A DNA stretch of 64,000 bases from Eledone cirrhosa (Eukaryota). The stretch is taken from contig OZ024742.1 in NCBI GenBank assembly GCA_964016885.1, positions 245,148,001 through 245,212,000 on the forward strand. Reading direction: 5' to 3'. The notes under the pieces are model-generated. The model worked only from the letters and a program-made list of their open reading frames with translations. It was not told the origin of the DNA and searched no databases. This document shows, piece after piece, positions 59,253 through 64,000 of the stretch (within the stretch, counting starts at the first letter, position 1; every line of letters begins with the position of its first letter). Position numbers and translations under genes: made by a program.

Positions 59253-59344
<92 letters not shown>

Positions 59345-59429
59345 ATATATATGTATATATGTATATATATATATGCATATATATATGTATATATATATAT
59401 ATGTGAGTATATATATATGTGTATATATA

Positions 59430-59468
<39 letters not shown>

Positions 59469-59509
59469 GCATATATATATATGTGTGTATATATAAGCAT
59501 ATATATATA

Positions 59510-62500
59510 TCTTATATATAAAGTGAAGTTGGGCGTTGTTTGTTTGGTGTCCCGAACTTGCAGGCTACACCGTTCATCCGATGTTCATGAAACTTGACAC
59601 ATATATAAAACTCGACCCGTAGATTGGAATAGGCTACTTGAAGCCAAAGATCGATATTTTCAAAAATCGTCCGATTTCGATGAAACTCGACGCAAGTATG
59701 TATTTTGATCGGGGGATGAACGTGGGCTACATTAAATTTTCGAAACTTTTCGATAATTGGATCACCAGAGGCAAAAATCGATATTTACGAAATTTGTCCG
59801 ATTCCAATAAAATTTGACGTAGGTATGTATTTTGATGCGGGGTTCAACGTGGGAAAAATCCGGCAACCGAAAAACGCCATTCTTCTTGCTTCCATTTGTC
59901 GCGACTCCCGCCATGCAAAAAACGTTCAATCTATCAGGATTATCCACCGTAAGTCTCTTTAAATTAACGCTCACCATATTCAGCAAACCTTTTATGCTGA
60001 TTCTTCCATTTCTTATATAAGGACTATCAAGACTATACCGCCGCGCATCATCCTGTATAACGCCCAGCCTTCTCAAGCGATCATCAAGCCTCCATGCGCT
60101 CTCTTCATTCCCGTGGTCCCACTACCGTAGCATAATGAGGCATCCGTCAACCCCTGCCCTCTCCCTTCCCTGCACGCCGTCGACCCACTGCATCGTTGTG
60201 CATCACCATGCACATCTCTGCCTTGTCAGCCCCAATTCATTCCCCGGCCCTTTCCATTGCCTGCCCTCCGTGGTCCCTAACGACTGCCACGGCTCAACAT
60301 GCCGAATCCCTGCCACTGTCCACCCCTGCCCATTTCCATTGCCTACACTCCGGGAGAGCTCAAGACTTCCATGCCTGACCAAGCCGCATCCCTGCCACCG
60401 TCAACCCCTGCCTTCTACCTTCCCTGCACGCTGTCGTCCTACTGCATCGTCATGCCTCACCATCCCCTCCTCAGCCCTTTCTTTTGCCTGCCCGCCGTGC
60501 TCCTTCAAGACTACCATGCCTAACCAAGCCGCATCCCTGCCACCATCAAGTCCTGCCCTCTCCCTTCCCTGTACGCCGTCGTCCCACTGCATAGTAATGC
60601 CTCACCATGCCGCATCCATGCTCTGTCAGCCGCCATGCCCTCCCCTGCCCTTTCCCTTACTCGCACGCCTCGGTCCTTCACGAGTGCCATGGATCACCAT
60701 GCGGAATCCCTGCAACCGTCAATCCCGGCCATCTCCCTTCCCTGCACGCCGTCGACTCACTGCATCGTTATGCCTCACCATGACGCATCTATGATCTGTC
60801 AGCCGCCATCCCCTCCTCAGCCTTTTATTTTTTGCCTGCCCACCGTGCTCCTTCATACTGCCATGCCTAACCAAGCCGCATCCCTGCCCTCTCCCTTGCT
60901 CGCACGCCTTGGTCCCTCACGACTGCCATGGCTCACCATGCGGCATTCCTGCCCTGTCAGCAACTTGCTCAAATGTCGCATGGTTTATTCCTGCGCCGCC
61001 CATAACCGCCCATTATCTCAGACCAAAGACAACACCGAACATGAAGACGATCCCGTGTAAGTCTTTTTACATTCATTTTGACCATATTTAACAAAATTAA
61101 ACAAAAATTCATCCCTTTCTCCTCCAAAGCCTACCGATCATGTATGGCCGATAAACATCCTGCCTTGCACACGGTTTTCTCAAACAATCATTGTGCCTCC
61201 CGGTGCTCTCTACATTCATGAGGTGCAACTCAATTGGTATGCCGCATCCACGCCCTGTCAGCCGCCATGCGCCCTGCCCTTTCGTCATGCCTCATCATGT
61301 TGAATCCCTGCCCTGTCAGCCGCCATCCAGTCCCCGACCCTTTCCACTGCCTAGGCATGGCAGTCTTGAGGGCCCAAGTCGCATCCCTGCCACCGTCAAC
61401 CCCTGCCCTCTCCGTTCCCTGCACGCCGTCGTCCCTCTGCATCGTCATGCATCACCATTCCGCATCAATGCTGTCAGCCGCCATCCCCTCGTCGGCCCTT
61501 TCTTTTGCCTGCCCGCAGTGCTCCTTCAAGACTGCCATGGCTCACCATGCGGCATCCTTGCCACTATCCACCCCTGCCCACTTCCTTGCCTGCTGGCCGT
61601 CGTCCCACTGCATCGTCATGCCTCAGGATGCCGCATCTATGCACTGCCAGCCACCATCCCCTCCTCGGCTCTTTCTTTTGCCTGACCGCCGTGCTCCTTC
61701 AAGACTCCCATGGCTATCTATGCCGCATCAATTCCTTGCCACCCGCTTAAGCGTCATCAGCATGGCTTATTGTTGCCCCATTTGACCACCGATTTTCGCA
61801 AGCTAAACACAATACCAACGTGCACGATAGTCGATGGTAAATCTTTTTAATTACATATTCATCATGCTAAGCAAAGGATGAATAGCAACTCTTTCATTTC
61901 TCCTGACATGCCTTTCTGTCAATTATGGCCGAGAAGCATCCTGTGTAGCATCGCGTCTTCTCAAGCGATCAGCGTGCCTTCCACTGTCCTCACTATTGAC
62001 ACAACAGTCCATCAGGTTTTTCGGCACATGTTGCTCCGATAGGAATATCAACGTGATTTTCACTTAATTCGTAATTGTTCAGTCTCCGTATGCATTTATT
62101 TTTTATTGATACAACACCGACTACAATCATCTAACTTCACTTTGTAGGCTAGACGCGAATCACAAGGAAAACAAACCTCTGATATACAACCCCGCCAAAT
62201 TCTTTGGTCTACCTAGATTTCAATGTCTATATCCTTTGCTTTTGTACGGTTGTACATTTGACAATGTCGCAAAACATTATTCCACTTGATTCTTACCTTT
62301 CAGCTATGAATTGGGCAGTGCCTTAACATCCCGGTTTATTTGCGTGCAATTTTTTGGTATCTTATGAATGGAGAATCGAAAACTCTTTTTCTCATAACCT
62401 GAAACATGCGTTACACATGTTCCATGGATGTTTGTGGACATTTTTTCAAAATACCAATATCACAGATTGGAGCACACAAAAAAAACGTTTGTTCTTCATT

Positions 62501-63297
62501 TATTTCGGTTAAAGCATCCTGCTGGAATTTAACGCAGACCCGTTTAAATCCAGCGCCTTATAACCCCGAGTGTAACCAGGTACACCAGCTAGAAAGACAA
62601 ATGGAAACATTGTTTTCTCGGCCCGATTTGACGAAAGTCGATTTAGTTCCATAACAAATTAACAAACCATACTTGAAGACACGTTGAGGCTGTTGCAAAG
62701 GGCAATAACCCTAGACACAATTTTGATCAACTTTTTTTCACCTATAGCAAATTTACCGGGACAGGTTTTTAGCTACTCAAATCTACTTCAGAGGTCACGC
62801 ATTCATGTAAAAAATCAATAAAACTGAAGCGGGGTTCGACTTTGCGCAAAAAACAAGGCAAAGTTGCACATGGGAAAACTTTTTACAGGAACATCCGATT
62901 TTCTTGAAAACTGTCGCAAAAGACTCGCCATTATGCCGCGGTTCAGATAAAGTCCCTTTTATTTCTTCTTCTGCACATGTGAGCGCGAAAATTGTAAAAA
63001 AAAAAAACTGTGAAAAAATCGACTATTTCACCCTGCTTTAAAAATCAACTGAAAATTCAATTTCAAGTGAATTTGACTTCCGTCAGTCGTGCAAAGAACG
63101 ATTTCAACGATACACTGTGAACCTACAATTGATCCATTATTTATGCTCAATTACACACCTGCGTCTACTAACCTCTGTTTTTTTCCTTGAGGTTCTAAGG
63201 TTTTTGCACCTGTGATGCGCGGGAAGTAACTTTCACACATTTTAACAACAGAGCAAAGATCGACTTACACCCAGGCAACGCCGGGTACTTCTGCTAG
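59510..63297 (+). mobile_element. Non-autonomous Helitron (about 3.8 kb) with internal GC-rich tandem repeats
   Basis: 5' A|TCTTATATATAAAG; 3' hairpin CCCAGGCAACGCCGGG followed by tacttctgCTAG|T; no Rep or helicase motif recognised. Confidence 0.75.
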
Positions 63298-63470
63298 TAT
63301 ATATATATATATATGTAGGAGGTGAGTTTTATTGTAGCACAATAAAGCAATGCAAATATCGGATAAGTAGTACTCAACAGGACTGGAGTATAAATAATAT
63401 AAGATCAAAAGATGGTTAAAAGATGGTTAAAAAATATAAGATCAAAAGATGATCAAAAGATGGTTAAATG

Positions 63471-63541
63471 TATTTTATTATGTGCATTTCAAAAACAAAT
63501 ATCATCATGGGATGATATTTACGTTCTCATCAGATAAAATA
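63471..63541 (-). ncRNA. Mirror copy of the family D hammerhead
   Basis: Reverse complement of 63844-63914 with two substitutions. Confidence 0.72.
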
Positions 63542-63843
63542 GGGGGACATGATATGAAGCTTAAAAAACACTGGCGAGCATTGAAGTGTTAAATCTACAT
63601 ATGAAAGATAAAATATACAGGAGCAAATCATGGAATAGCTTAGATAGGACTAGACATAAGATAGGGAAAGCCACCTCATGGTACGACAACCAGAGATACC
63701 AGAGTGTCATGTTTGTGGACGCTACCCCTGGAGGGAAATTAGCTAACCAGTGTATCCATATATCCATCTTATTTTATCTTACATATGTAGATTTAACACT
63801 TCAATGCTCGCAAGTGTTTTTTAAGCTTCATATCATGTCTCCT

Positions 63844-63914
63844 TATTTTATCTGATGAGAACGCAAATATCATCCCATGATGATATTTGTTTTTGAAATG
63901 CGCATAATAAAATA
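63844..63914 (+). ncRNA. Type I hammerhead ribozyme (family D)
   Basis: UAUUUUAU-CUGAUGA-gaacgCAAAUAUCAUC(ccau)GAUGAUAUUUGuuuuu-GAAAU-gcgc-AUA^-AUAAAAUA; 8-bp stem I and palindromic UGCGCA stem III. Confidence 0.78.
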
Positions 63915-64000
63915 CATGGAACTCTTTTAACCATCTTTTGATCTTATATATATATATATATATAGATATATATATATATATATATATACCCCACTCAATC

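Noticed and set aside
60135-61785. Pro/Cys/Ser-rich ORFs of 140-220 aa
   Set aside because: They arise from C-rich tandem repeats that lack stop codons in several frames inside the Helitron; no recognisable domain.

Overview
AT-rich animal genomic DNA, probably from an octopod cephalopod (inferred from the SINE/LINE repertoire and abundant (TA)n). Positions 1-31220 carry the 3' part of a + strand TET-family methylcytosine dioxygenase gene. It has eight coding exons with GT-AG borders and an intact Cys-rich/DSBH catalytic domain (HKD...H...R), and its 5' end lies outside the window. An AT-rich, probably long 3' UTR follows to about 42 kb. The rest is a transposon-dense block: mariner, DD37D/maT, RTE-BovB and RTE-X LINEs, CR1-like, Penelope-like (GIY-YIG) and Helitron elements. 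The most striking unannotated signal is a set of about ten short cassettes embedded in (TA)n tracts, most of them fold-back palindromes. Many carry complete, half or degenerate type I hammerhead ribozymes of several unrelated sequence families, and their fold-back axes coincide with ribozyme helices. They are linked to Penelope-like retroelement ends and also occur inside TET introns. All calls were made by eye; no searches or folding programs were run.
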